A DNA stretch of 64,000 bases from NCBI GenBank assembly GCA_031459385.1, contig JAVKIP010000007.1, forward strand, positions 89,387 through 153,386, given 5' to 3'. Shown here one piece after another: positions 49,932-59,600 of this stretch. This DNA is from Candidatus Fervidifonticultor secundus (GTDB lineage Bacteria; Sysuimicrobiota; Sysuimicrobiia; Sysuimicrobiales; Humicultoraceae). Both the position numbers and the translations under genes were made by a program. A model generated the notes under the pieces. That model was not told where the DNA came from, ran no database searches, and saw only the letters and a program-made list of their open reading frames with translations. Each line of letters begins with the position of its first letter. The stretch's first letter is position 1.

Positions 49932-52297
49932 CCGCTCCGGCCGACGCGCGCACCCTGCGCGTGCTGGAGTTCCCCCGGGTGCGGGAGGCGCTGGCGGCGC
50001 ACACGGTGACCGCAATGGGCCGCGAGCGGGCCCTGGCGCTGGAGCCCGCGGACGACCTCGAGACGGTGCGCGACCTGCTGGCGCAGACCCGCGAGGCGGT
50101 CGCGCTCGCGGCCGAGGCCGAGATCCCGGTGCGCGGCGCGCGCGACCTGCGGGGGCTGGCGCAACGGGCTGCGGCCGGCGCCGCGCTCGAACCGGGCGAC
50201 CTGCTGGAGGTCGCGCAGACCCTGGCGGTGACCCGCGCGGTGCACCAGTTCCTGCATCGGCACCGGGCCAGCGCACCGCGCCTGGCGGCGGACGGCGCGC
50301 GGCTGCAGCCCCTTCCCGACCTGGAGGTCGACCTCGGGCGCGCCCTCGACGAGCGCGGCCAGGTGCGAGACGACGCCTCGCCCGAGCTGCGGCGCCTGCG
50401 CTCCGAGCAGCGCGACGTGGAGCGCCGGCTGCGCGCGACCCTCGAGGCGCTGGTGCGCGACGCTGCCTACGGTCGCCTGCTCCAGGAGCCGCTCGTCACT
50501 ACCCGCGGAGACCGCTTCGTGGTGCCGGTGAAGGCCGAGCACAAGGGCCAGTTCCCGGGCCTCGTGCACGACGTCAGCGCGAGCGGCGCCACCGTGTTCA
50601 TGGAGCCTCTGGCGGCCGTCCCGCTGGGGAACCGGCGCCGCGAGCTGGCAGCGGCCGAGGCCGCCGAGGTCGGGCGCATCCTGCGGCGGCTCTCGGCGCG
50701 CGTGGGCCAGGCGGCCGCCGTGCTGGCGACCAACGGCGACCTGCTGGGCGGGTTCGACCTGCTCAACGCCAAGGCGGCGCTGGCTGCGCGCCTGGGGGCC
50801 ACGCTGCCGGCCGTGGCCGACGACGGCATCGTGCGCCTGCGCGCCGCCCGCCACCCGATCCTGGTCCTGACCCGGGGCGAGGCCGCCGTCGTCCCGGTGG
50901 ACATCGAGCTGGGCGAGCGCTTCCGCACCCTGGTCATCACCGGCCCCAACACCGGCGGGAAGACCGTGACCCTCAAGACGGTCGGGCTGCTGGTGCTCAT
51001 GGCCCAGGCCGGGTGTGGCATTCCCGCCGCCGACGGCAGCCGGGTCACCGTCTTCCGTCAGGTGCACGCCGATATCGGCGACGAGCAGTCCATCGAGCAG
51101 AACCTCTCGACCTTCTCCTCTCACATGCGCACCATCGTCGAGACCCTGCGCCGCGTGGCGCCCCCGGCCCTAGTGCTCCTGGACGAGATCGGGGCCGGCA
51201 CCGATCCCACCGAAGGGGTCGCCCTGGCTCGAGCCATCATCGAGACGCTCCACCGCCGGGGCGCGCATACCGTGGTGACCACGCACTACAACGAGTTGAA
51301 GCTGCTGGCGTCGCTGCACGACGGCATCGAGAATGCGTCGGTCGAGTTCGACCCCGAGACGCTGCAGCCGACGTTTCGGCTGCGGGTGGGCCTGCCCGGC
51401 CGCAGCAACGCCCTGATCATCGCCCAGCGCCTGGGCCTCGACCCCGCCGTGGTCGCCCAGGCGCGGGCGCACCTGGCACCCGAGCAGGTGGCGATCGAGC
51501 GCGTCCTGGAGGACCTCGCGCGCGATCGCCAGGCCGCCGAGCGGGACCGCGCCGCCGCCGAGGCTGCCCGCCAGCGCGCCGAGCACGCCGCAGCCCGGCT
51601 GCAGGACGAGGTCGAGCAGCTGCGCGTGGCGCGCCACGAGCGGCTGGCCGAAGCGCGCCGGGCCGCGGAGGCGCTGGTCGCCCAGGCCCGGCGCGAGGTA
51701 GAAGCTATCCTGGCCCAGGCGCGCGCGGCGCGCATCGAGGCTGCGGCCAGGGCCGCGCAGGAGCGGCTGCGCGCGGTGCTGGCCTCGCTGCCGGCCCCGG
51801 AGGCGCCGGCCGGGCCGCCGGGCGCGCCGCCGGATGCGATCGAAGTAGGTCAGCCTGTCCTGGTCGCGCCGCTTGGCGCCGTGGGCGTCGTGCGCTCGGC
51901 TCCCGACGCACGCGACGAGGTGGAGGTCGAGGTGGGCGCGGTGCGCACCCGCGTCCCGCGCGCGGCGCTGCGCCGGCTGCCGGAGCCCGCAGGGACGCTG
52001 CGCACACCGGACGTGACCACACCCCAGCCGCCAGTGGTGCCGCTGTCGCTCGACGTGCGGGGCCTTCCGGCCGATGAGGCCCTGGCGCGGGTGGACCAGT
52101 ACCTCGACGAGGCGGCGCGCGCCAGCCTCCCGTTCGTCACGATCGTCCACGGCAAGGGGACCGGCCGGCTGCGGGCGGCCCTGCACCAGTTCCTGCGCGG
52201 CCACCCGCACGTGCGCCGCTTCCGCCTGGGCGCCCGCGGCGAAGGCGAGGAGGGCGCGACGGTCGTGACGCTGGCGTCGGAGGACCCGTCGGAGTAG
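49928..52297 (+). CDS. mutS2: Endonuclease MutS2
   Basis: [47 protein letters not shown]-terminal Smr IVHGKGTG. Confidence 0.96.
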   Translation: MTAPADARTLRVLEFPRVREALAAHTVTAMGRERALALEPADDLETVRDLLAQTREAVALAAEAEIPVRGARDLRGLAQRAAAGAALEPGDLLEVAQTLAVTRAVHQFLHRHRASAPRLAADGARLQPLPDLEVDLGRALDERGQVRDDASPELRRLRSEQRDVERRLRATLEALVRDAAYGRLLQEPLVTTRGDRFVVPVKAEHKGQFPGLVHDVSASGATVFMEPLAAVPLGNRRRELAAAEAAEVGRILRRLSARVGQAAAVLATNGDLLGGFDLLNAKAALAARLGATLPAVADDGIVRLRAARHPILVLTRGEAAVVPVDIELGERFRTLVITGPNTGGKTVTLKTVGLLVLMAQAGCGIPAADGSRVTVFRQVHADIGDEQSIEQNLSTFSSHMRTIVETLRRVAPPALVLLDEIGAGTDPTEGVALARAIIETLHRRGAHTVVTTHYNELKLLASLHDGIENASVEFDPETLQPTFRLRVGLPGRSNALIIAQRLGLDPAVVAQARAHLAPEQVAIERVLEDLARDRQAAERDRAAAEAARQRAEHAAARLQDEVEQLRVARHERLAEARRAAEALVAQARREVEAILAQARAARIEAAARAAQERLRAVLASLPAPEAPAGPPGAPPDAIEVGQPVLVAPLGAVGVVRSAPDARDEVEVEVGAVRTRVPRAALRRLPEPAGTLRTPDVTTPQPPVVPLSLDVRGLPADEALARVDQYLDEAARASLPFVTIVHGKGTGRLRAALHQFLRGHPHVRRFRLGARGEGEEGATVVTLASEDPSE

Positions 52298-52385
52298 GCT
52301 ACCGCTGGGACGCCGCCGCGGATACCGCCGGGGTACCGTCACGGTGCCGGCGGCGCGGGCGGCCGGGCCGGCCACGGAGGGTGCG

Positions 52386-53666
52386 ATGGGATTTCTGCCA
52401 CCGGAAGAGCAACTGGCGCGGCTGCGCCGCGGGGTCGTCGAGATCATCACCGAGGAAGACCTGCTGGCCAAGCTGCGCGAGGGACGGCCGCTGCGGGTGA
52501 AGCTCGGGCTCGACCCCTCGGCGCCCGACCTGCACATCGGGCACGCCATCGTCCTGCGCAAGCTGCGCCAGTTCCAGGACCTGGGCCACGAGGCCATCCT
52601 GGTCATCGGCGACTTCACGGCCATGATCGGCGACCCCACGGGCAAGAAGCAGACGCGCCCGATGCTCACGCCCGAGGAGATCGAGGCCAGCGCTGCCACG
52701 TACCGCGGCCAGTACAGCCTGATCCTCGACCCCAACCGCACCCGCGTCGTCTTCAACAGCCAGTGGCTGGCCCCCATGGGCTTTGCCGACGTCATCCGCC
52801 TCGCCGCGAAGGCGACGGTGGCGCGCATCCTCGAGCGCGACGACTTCGCCACCCGCCTCCGCGGTGGCGTGCCGGTGTACCTGCACGAACTGCTCTACCC
52901 GCTGTGCCAGGCCTACGACTCGGTGGCCATCGAGGCCGATGTCGAGCTGGGCGGCACCGATCAGAAGTTCAACAACCTCATGGGCCGCGAGTTGCAGCGG
53001 GAGGTGGGTCAGCCCCCGCAGGTGGTGGTGCTGACGCCGCTGCTGCCCGGCACCGACGGCGTCGAGAAGATGAGCAAGTCGCTGGGCAACGCCATCGGCA
53101 TCACCGAGCCGCCCGAGCAGATGTACGGGAAGGTGATGTCGATCCCCGACGTGCTGATGCCGGCGTACTTCGAGTGCTGCACCGAGGTGCCGCTGGACGA
53201 AGTGCGGGCCATCGCGCAGGGCCTGGCCGACGGGTCGGTCCACCCCCGCGACGCCAAGCGGCGGCTGGCACGCGCGGTCGTCGAGGTCTGGCACGGGCCG
53301 CAGGCGACCGCTGCCGCCGAAGCCGCGTTCGACCGCGTCCACATTCAGCGGGCGGCACCGGAAGCGATACCGGAGGTGCGGATCAGAATCGAGGCGAGCG
53401 CGGCCGACGACCTCGCGGGCGGTCGCGCGGGCGACGAGGTCCTGCTCTCCCCGGACGACGCGCCGGGCGGACGGATGCGCCTGACGAAACTGCTGGTGGT
53501 CAGCGGGCTGGCCGAGAGCAACAACGAGGCGCGGCGGCTGATCAGCCAGGGCGGGGTGGCCGTCGACGGCGCCCGTGTCCACGACATCAACGCCACCGTC
53601 GAGGTCCGCGACGGAGTGGTGGTGCAGGTAGGCCCCCGGCGCTTCGCCCGGCTGCGCGTCGGCTGA
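52386..53666 (+). CDS. tyrS: Tyrosine--tRNA ligase
   Basis: [31 protein letters not shown]-terminal S4 domain. Confidence 0.97.
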   Translation: MGFLPPEEQLARLRRGVVEIITEEDLLAKLREGRPLRVKLGLDPSAPDLHIGHAIVLRKLRQFQDLGHEAILVIGDFTAMIGDPTGKKQTRPMLTPEEIEASAATYRGQYSLILDPNRTRVVFNSQWLAPMGFADVIRLAAKATVARILERDDFATRLRGGVPVYLHELLYPLCQAYDSVAIEADVELGGTDQKFNNLMGRELQREVGQPPQVVVLTPLLPGTDGVEKMSKSLGNAIGITEPPEQMYGKVMSIPDVLMPAYFECCTEVPLDEVRAIAQGLADGSVHPRDAKRRLARAVVEVWHGPQATAAAEAAFDRVHIQRAAPEAIPEVRIRIEASAADDLAGGRAGDEVLLSPDDAPGGRMRLTKLLVVSGLAESNNEARRLISQGGVAVDGARVHDINATVEVRDGVVVQVGPRRFARLRVG

Positions 53667-53758
53667 GCGTCGTCCGGCGCCTCGCCCGGCCGGCAGGACG
53701 GCGCGCGGCGCGCGCCGAAGCCGGCCGGCAGTCCAGTCCGCGGAGGCCTGATCCGCCC

Positions 53759-54937
53759 ATGCACGAACGCATCGTGGCCGCCATCGATGCGGCCGCCGAC
53801 GAGCTCATCGCGCTGTCGCGCCGCATCCACGCCACCCCCGAGACCGCGTTCGCCGAGCACAAGGCCGCGGCGTGGCTGACCGAGGCGCTCGAGCGCTACG
53901 GCTTCGCCGTCGAGCGCGGCATCGCCGGGCTGGAGACCGCCTTCCGCGCCCAGATGCGCGGCGCGCGGCCCGGGCCCACCGTGGCCCTGCTGGCCGAGTA
54001 CGACGCGCTCCCCGAGATCGGCCACGCCTGCGGTCACAACCTGATCGCGACAGCGGCCGTCGGCGCCGGGGTGGGGCTCGCGGCGGTGCGCGAGGTCCTG
54101 CCCGGCACCGCGGTCGTGCTGGGGACGCCTGCCGAAGAAGGCGGTGGGGGCAAAGTCATCATGCTCGAGCGGGGCGCCTTCGCCGGTGTGGATGTCGCCA
54201 TCATGTTCCACCCGGCGGGCTACACGCTGGCCGAGCGGCCCTCCCTGGCCTCGTACCGGCTGACGGTGAAGTTCACGGGCAGGGCGGCCCACGCGGCGGC
54301 CGCGCCCTACGAGGGCGTCAACGCCCTCGATGCGCTGGTCCAGACCTTCACCGCCGTTGGCCTGCTGCGGCAGCAGCTGCGCGACGACGCCCGCGTCCAC
54401 GGCATCATCACCTATGGCGGGGCCGCCCCCAACATCATCCCCGACCGCGCCGAGGCCGTCTTCACCTGTCGGGCCGCCGACGCCGCCTACGCCCGGGAGG
54501 TGCTGGAGAGGGTGATCGCCTGCGCCCGGGGCGCGGCCGTGGCCACCGGCGCGACCCTCGAGCACGCCGCGCGCAAGGGCTACGACGCCATCCGGCCCAA
54601 CCGCGCCCTCGCGCAGGCGTTCGCCCGGCACCTTGAGCGGCTGGGCATCGCTCAGGACGAGCCGCCGGAGCGGCCGCGCATGGGGTCCACCGACATGGGC
54701 GACGTCAGCCAGGTGATCCCGGCCATTCACCCCTACGTGTCCATCGGGCCCACCGATCTGGCCGGGCACACCGTGGAGTTCCGCGAGGCCGCCGTTTCCG
54801 CGAAGGGCTTCGCCGCCATGCTGGCGGCCGCCAAGGCCATGGCGCTGACGGCCTACGACGTGCTGGCCGACCCCGCGCTGCTCGAGCAAGTCCGCCGCGA
54901 CTTCGGCGCCGCGGCGCCGGCTCCCGCCGCGTTTTGA
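53759..54937 (+). CDS. M20 family amidohydrolase/peptidase
   Basis: EYDALPEIGHACGHNLI, GTPAEEGGGGK, GVNALD, GSTDMGDVS. Confidence 0.92.
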   Translation: MHERIVAAIDAAADELIALSRRIHATPETAFAEHKAAAWLTEALERYGFAVERGIAGLETAFRAQMRGARPGPTVALLAEYDALPEIGHACGHNLIATAAVGAGVGLAAVREVLPGTAVVLGTPAEEGGGGKVIMLERGAFAGVDVAIMFHPAGYTLAERPSLASYRLTVKFTGRAAHAAAAPYEGVNALDALVQTFTAVGLLRQQLRDDARVHGIITYGGAAPNIIPDRAEAVFTCRAADAAYAREVLERVIACARGAAVATGATLEHAARKGYDAIRPNRALAQAFARHLERLGIAQDEPPERPRMGSTDMGDVSQVIPAIHPYVSIGPTDLAGHTVEFREAAVSAKGFAAMLAAAKAMALTAYDVLADPALLEQVRRDFGAAAPAPAAF

Positions 54938-54997
54938 GCGCGTCAACCAGCGCGCGGCGGCCGTCGTGCGACGGTGCCGTGCTACAATAAGCGGGCC

Positions 54998-55753
54998 ATG
55001 GCTTTCGGCGTGCAAGACTTCCACGACTTGGTCCGGCTGCTGGAGCAGCACCCGGAGTGGCGGGCGGAGCTGCGTCGGCTCCTGCTGACCGAAGAGATCC
55101 TGTCCCTGCCGCAGGTGGTGCGCGAGCTGGCGGAGGAGGTCCGACGGCTGGCGGCGGCGCAGCGCCGGACAGAGGAGCGGCTGGAGGAACTGGCGGCGGC
55201 GCAGCGCCGGACAGAGGAGCGGCTGAAGGAACTGGCGGCGGCGCAGCGCCGGACAGAGGAGCGGCTGGAGGAACTGGCGGCGGCGCAACGGCGGACAGAG
55301 GAGACCGTGCAGTTGCTGGTGCGGGACGTCGCGGGATTGAAGGGCGAGAGTCTGGAGCGGCGGTACCGGGAGCGGGCGGCGTCGTACTTTCAGCGGATTT
55401 TGCGGCGGATTCGCGTGATCGACCACCAGCAGCTAGGGTTGTTGCTGGACGAGGCGGTAGACAGCCAGCGGCTGGGGATGGAGGAGCGTGCGGATCTGCT
55501 GGAGGCGGACGTGGTGCTGGCCGGCGTGGTGGAGGGGGAGGGCGTCTACCTGGTGGCCGAGGTGTCGGGGGTGATCACGGCGCAGGACGTGCGGCGGGCG
55601 CGGCGGCGGGCTGCGGTGCTGGAGAAGGCGACAGGGCGGCGGACGCTGCCGGTGGTGGCAGGGGAGCGGCTGTTGGAGGAGGACCGAGAGACGGTGGAGG
55701 AGGCTGCCGGGGTGTGGAAGGTAGTGGACGGACGGACCGAGCCGCCGGCCTGA
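54998..55753 (+). CDS. Coiled-coil repeat protein with PD-(D/E)XK-like C-terminal domain
   Basis: HPEWRAELRRLLL, (LAAAQRRTEERLEE)n, LKGESLERRY, ADVVLAG...LVAEVS; extended -10 TGcTACAAT 9 nt upstream. Confidence 0.8.
   Translation: MAFGVQDFHDLVRLLEQHPEWRAELRRLLLTEEILSLPQVVRELAEEVRRLAAAQRRTEERLEELAAAQRRTEERLKELAAAQRRTEERLEELAAAQRRTEETVQLLVRDVAGLKGESLERRYRERAASYFQRILRRIRVIDHQQLGLLLDEAVDSQRLGMEERADLLEADVVLAGVVEGEGVYLVAEVSGVITAQDVRRARRRAAVLEKATGRRTLPVVAGERLLEEDRETVEEAAGVWKVVDGRTEPPA
55148..55303 (+). repeat. 42-bp in-frame tandem repeat (about 3.7 copies)
   Basis: CTGGCGGCGGCGCAGCGCCGGACAGAGGAGCGGCTGGAGGAA at 55148, 55190, 55232 and partially at 55274. Confidence 0.95.
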
Positions 55754-55814
55754 CGCCGGCCGGAGACTTCCGCCTTCTCGCCTGACCGACGCGGATTCAC
55801 CTGCCCCGCGCCGG

Positions 55815-55844
55815 TTGCTCTCCGCTCCACGCGCCCGGTATACT
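55815..55844 (+). promoter_or_regulatory. Sigma70 promoter of tRNA-Ile
   Basis: TTGCTC-N18-TATACT, 12 nt before the tRNA. Confidence 0.65.
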
Positions 55845-55856
55845 TGCAGGTGCCCG

Positions 55857-55933
55857 GGGCCCTTAGCTCAGGTGGTGAGAGCGCACCCCTGATAAGGGTG
55901 AGGTCGGTGGTTCGAGTCCACCAGGGCCCACCA
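55857..55933 (+). tRNA. tRNA-Ile (GAT)
   Basis: Acceptor GGGCCCT/AGGGCCC, anticodon stem CACCC/GGGTG with loop CTGATAA, T arm GGTGG-TTCGAGT-CCACC, encoded CCA. Confidence 0.97.
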
Positions 55934-56010
55934 CCACCAGGGCGTATCATTAGGGCCCACCAGGGCGTACCATTAGCGCCCTCCAGGGGCTCACCATCAG
56001 GGCGCACCAT
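55934..56010 (+). repeat. Degenerate 23-24 bp repeats derived from the tRNA 3' end
   Basis: CAGGGCGTATCATTAGGGCCCAC, CAGGGCGTACCATTAGCGCCCTC, CAGGGGCTCACCATCAGGGCGCAC. Confidence 0.75.
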
Positions 56011-56075
56011 CCCAGGTTCCCGGCGGCTGCGGGCCGCCAGGCATCGCCGGCAGTGTGCGCGTCCCTTGCGCTCAA

Positions 56076-56100
56076 GGGAAGCGATTTCGGCGAAGCGAAT
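56076..56100 (+). promoter_or_regulatory. Sigma-H-like promoter GGGA-N17-GAAT
   Basis: AAGGGA agcgatttcggcgaagc GAATA, 12 nt before the rmlA ATG. Confidence 0.45.
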
Positions 56101-56112
56101 ACACCCGGGCAT

Positions 56113-56293
56113 ATGAAAGGCCTCGTCCTCGCCGGTGGCAGGGGTACGCGGCTGCGGCCGCTGACCTACACTACCGCGAAGCAGCTCATTCCGGTCGCCA
56201 ACGTGCCCATCGTCCACTACGTCATGCGCCACCTGGCGGACGCCGGGATCCGGCAGGTGGGGGTCGTCATCGCCCCGGAGACCGGCGAGCAAG
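56113..56293 (+). pseudogene. rmlA: Glucose-1-phosphate thymidylyltransferase 5' fragment
   Basis: [32 protein letters not shown]...IAPETGEQ; similarity ends after about 60 aa. Confidence 0.85.
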
Positions 56294-57124
56294 TTGGGCA
56301 CTGCCCTGGTGGCGTTCCTGCAAGAAGCGGGCAGCGACGTCGTGCCCCTCGACCACGAGGCCGTGGAGTGCACCGACCCTGCGTCGGTGGACGCTGCCCT
56401 GGCCCGGAGCGCGCCCGATGTGGTGGTGAACTGCGCCGCGTTCGTGCGCGTCGACGAGTGCGAGGACCGGCCTGATGAGGCGTTACGTGTGAACGCGCTG
56501 GGCGCGCTGTACGTGGCCCGCGCCGCCGCCAGCCTGGACGCCCGCTGCGTCTACATCAGCAGCGACTACGTCTTCGACGGGCGCCGTCCGCCGCCGGCGG
56601 CCTACGCTGAGACCGATGCGCCTGCCCCGGTCAACGTGTACGGCGCCTCGAAGCTGGCCGGCGAGCACCTGGTGGCGCAGACATGTCCCGACGCGCTGAT
56701 CGTCCGCACCGCCAGCCTCTTCGGCGGGCGCGGCGCGCGCGGCAAAGGGGGGAACTTCGTCACGGCGATCCTGACGCGGGCGCGCGCCGGGGAGCCGCTG
56801 CGGGTCGTCGACGACGTGTGGATGACGCCCACCTACGCGCCCGACGCGGCGTGGGCGCTGGTCAGGCTGCTGGCCGGCGGCGCGACCGGCATCGTGCACG
56901 TCGCCAATGCCGGTGCGTGCACGTGGTACACTTTTGCCCGCCACGCGCTGGCCCTGGCCGGCGTCGACGCCGCCGTCGAACCCGTGCCGGCCGCGACCTA
57001 CCCCATGCGGGCCAGGCGTCCGACCAACTCGGCGCTGGATACTGCGCGCGCGGCTGGATTGCTGGGCGGCCCACTGCGCACGTGGGAGGACGCGCTGGCC
57101 GAGTACGTGCGCGGGCTGGCCTGA
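56294..57124 (+). pseudogene. rmlD: dTDP-4-dehydrorhamnose reductase lacking its N-terminal GxxGQ start
   Basis: [47 protein letters not shown]; begins out of frame right after the rmlA fragment. Confidence 0.8.
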
Positions 57125-57159
57125 CCCGGCGCAGCCGGCGCATTCGCCCTCCCCTCACG

Positions 57160-57184
57160 AGGAGTCGGTTTGGCGACGTTGAAT
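57160..57184 (+). promoter_or_regulatory. Sigma-H-like promoter AGGA-N17-GAAT
   Basis: GAGGA gtcggtttggcgacgtt GAATA upstream of the regulator gene. Confidence 0.5.
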
Positions 57185-57224
57185 AGGTGCCACAACTTCC
57201 ATTTGTCACGCAACTTCACGACAG

Positions 57225-58376
57225 ATGCGGATCGCGCTGGCGGATCGCCAGATATACGTCGAGGGCCGGCGGCTGCACGTCAGTCCCAAGTTCTTCCAGC
57301 TGTATTGCCGGCTGGCCCTCGAGCGGGCCCAGGGCCGGTTGGAGTTTCTGGCCTTGCGCGAGATTCACCGTCTACCGGCCTGGAGCCGCGGGAGCCTGGC
57401 CAGTGTTGGCAAGGAAGTCAGCCGGCACGCGCGGCGGATGCGCGCAGCCGGGTGGGACCTGCTGGAGTCGCCGCCGCGGAAGGCCACGCACCTAGTGCGC
57501 CTGCAGCCCAGGGTCGTGCAGGTCGAGTTCGACCGGCCGCTGGCCGAGGTACGTGCCTGGCTCGGGCTCGACCTCCGGGCGGCTGGCGGCGACCCCCACC
57601 AGGCTGAACGCGCGTTCGAACTGGCGGCCGCGCTGGCCGCCGCGCGGGCGGCGCTCGAGCGTGGAGCCCTGCACCAGGCTCGGGCCGCGCTGGCGCGCGC
57701 CGAGCAGGCCGGACCGGACGACGTGCGCGACCGCGTGCTGGTGGCCCTGTGGTGGTCACGGCTGCTCGACCGGGAAGGGCACGACGCCGAGGCCCTGGCG
57801 CGGGCATCCGAAGCCGAGGCGCTGTGCGCCGCCAGCGGCGTCGACCACCTGACGTGCGCGCGAGTGCAGATCTGGATCGGCCATCTGGGCTGGCGCTCCG
57901 GGCGGGCCAACCTGCTGGCCGCAGCCCGCGCGCACTACCGCTGTGCCCAGGACCTCCTGGGCGCAGCGCCGCACTTCGCCGAGCTGGCGGAGATTGCCAT
58001 CGGACTGGGCCACGTAGCACGCCTCGAGCGTGACTGGCCGTCGGCGACTGCGTACCTCCGGGGGGCGCTGCGCTACGCGACCGCCGACGGGTGGGCTTGG
58101 GGCATCCAGGCAGCCGCGTACTACCTGGGCCTGGTGTGCGCCGAGCATGCCGAACATGTGGAAGACCCCGGCTCCCGCTCGCGGCTCTACCGCGAGGCGC
58201 GCGACTGGGCGGAACGGTGCATCCGCCTGGCCGGCGAGGCTGGCGTGGACGCCGCCACAGCCGAGGCGGAAAGCCTGCTCGCCGACCTGCGGGCAAAACT
58301 GGGCCAGCCGGCCAGCCCAGGCCCGGTAGGTGAGCACAACAGGCGCCGGTCGGTCGTACCGAGCGTCAGGCCGTAG
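57225..58376 (+). CDS. Putative regulator: OmpR-like winged-helix N-terminus plus TPR-like repeats
   Basis: RQIYVEGRRLHVSPKFFQLYCRL...VSRHARRM resembles Trans_reg_C; helical repeats (IGLGHVARL, YYLGLV). Confidence 0.6.
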   Translation: MRIALADRQIYVEGRRLHVSPKFFQLYCRLALERAQGRLEFLALREIHRLPAWSRGSLASVGKEVSRHARRMRAAGWDLLESPPRKATHLVRLQPRVVQVEFDRPLAEVRAWLGLDLRAAGGDPHQAERAFELAAALAAARAALERGALHQARAALARAEQAGPDDVRDRVLVALWWSRLLDREGHDAEALARASEAEALCAASGVDHLTCARVQIWIGHLGWRSGRANLLAAARAHYRCAQDLLGAAPHFAELAEIAIGLGHVARLERDWPSATAYLRGALRYATADGWAWGIQAAAYYLGLVCAEHAEHVEDPGSRSRLYREARDWAERCIRLAGEAGVDAATAEAESLLADLRAKLGQPASPGPVGEHNRRRSVVPSVRP

Positions 58377-58594
58377 ACCGGAGGGCGGTACGGCCTGGCA
58401 CAGGGTTCCCCGTAGAAATTCAGAGGAATCTGAGAATCAAAGAATGTGAAATTTTGTGTCAAGTCAAGAGACCCTGGGGAAGGAAAGTTGTGCCACAATA
58501 TTATATAGAGACACACTGCCGGACTGCACAGGCTGGGCTGATAGATCTGGCAGGGCGATCAGCGCGTGGGTCGCGGCTTCGGGACCGTCAAGGG

Positions 58595-59146
58595 ATGGCT
58601 GCGCCGCTTCCTCACATCCCACCGCCTGACGGGGCCATAGTCCAGGATTGCGCGCGGTGGTTTGTCGTGCAGACCAGGCCGCGCGCCGAGGATCGGGCGT
58701 GCGAGTCCCTGCGGCTGCGGGCGGTCGACACGTACCTGCCTCGCCTGCTGGTCTGGCGGCGCCATGGCTCGCGGCGGTGGCAGGCGCTCGAGCCGCTGTT
58801 CCCCGGCTACCTGTTCTGTCGCTTCCCGCCACGTTCCCAGGACATCGCGCGCGTGCAGTGGACGCCCGGCGTACGCCGCCTGCTGGGTGACGACGACGGC
58901 CCCATCCCGGTCGACCCCGAGATCGTCGCCTACCTGCAACGGCGCGAGGCCGGCACCGGGTACATCAGTGCCGGGAGGCCGCTGGCGCCGGGCAACCGCG
59001 TGCGGTTCCGCGGCGGGCCGTTCGCGCTGCTGGAGGGTATCATCGAGCGGCCGGCCGGTCGGGCCGACCGCGTGCGGGTGCTGCTGACGTTGATGAACAC
59101 CGCCGTAGTCGTCGAGGCCGACGCGGCGGATCTGGAACGCTGCTGA
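58595..59146 (+). CDS. NusG paralogue (RfaH/UpxY/LoaP-type transcription antiterminator)
   Basis: WFVVQTRPRAE, YLPRL, EPLFPGYLF, TPGVRRLL, KOW GNRVRFRGGPFALLEG. Confidence 0.92.
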   Translation: MAAPLPHIPPPDGAIVQDCARWFVVQTRPRAEDRACESLRLRAVDTYLPRLLVWRRHGSRRWQALEPLFPGYLFCRFPPRSQDIARVQWTPGVRRLLGDDDGPIPVDPEIVAYLQRREAGTGYISAGRPLAPGNRVRFRGGPFALLEGIIERPAGRADRVRVLLTLMNTAVVVEADAADLERC

Positions 59147-59337
59147 CCTGATCGCGCCCGCGCGGCCGCATGCCGGCAGGTGCGGCGGCGGGCGCCACGG
59201 GCAGCGCAGGCCGCTACGGTGGTGCGGCCGAAGCGTGCGCAACTCCTGGTGGCTTTGCGGTACGTGGCGTGTACCGCACCGGCGGAGCCATGCGCGGCGG
59301 GTCGTGCCCCGCGTGTCCCTCACCGTGGAGGCCCACA

Positions 59338-59565
59338 ATGAGCGCACCGTTGCCCGCGCACGACCGGTCGCCGGCGCACCCCGGGGGCTCCCGCGCCGAG
59401 CCGGCCCTCCGGCCGTGCGAGGCGAAACTGCTGACCTGCATCCGCAACCACTGGGCGCTTGACTTCGGCACACGGGAAGTCCGGCTGGTCATCGAGTACC
59501 AGGACGGCAAGCCGGTGCTCATCCGCGTGACCGGGAACATCGTCAGGGAAGAGAAGCTGCGGTAG
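59338..59565 (+). CDS. Small protein (75 aa), DUF2292/YezD-like
   Basis: GGAGG SD; EAKLLTCIR...LDFG...LVIEYQDGKPVLIRV...EEKL resembles DUF2292. Confidence 0.6.
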   Translation: MSAPLPAHDRSPAHPGGSRAEPALRPCEAKLLTCIRNHWALDFGTREVRLVIEYQDGKPVLIRVTGNIVREEKLR

Positions 59566-59600
59566 CACGCTGAGGGTCGCCACAACCGCATAGCCAGACA

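Noticed and set aside
52298..52385. T-box upstream of tyrS
   Set aside because: Only about 90 nt, with no specifier stem and no GGTGGnACC antiterminator or terminator
55148..55303. 42-bp repeats as a CRISPR array
   Set aside because: Contiguous in-frame repeats with no spacers and no cas genes
55934..56010. Post-tRNA repeats as a mini-CRISPR
   Set aside because: Units are adjacent and degenerate, have no unique spacers, and resemble the tRNA 3' end
56281..56300. Programmed frameshift producing a functional RmlA-RmlD fusion
   Set aside because: No slippery sequence, and both partners lack essential parts; deletion or misassembly is simpler
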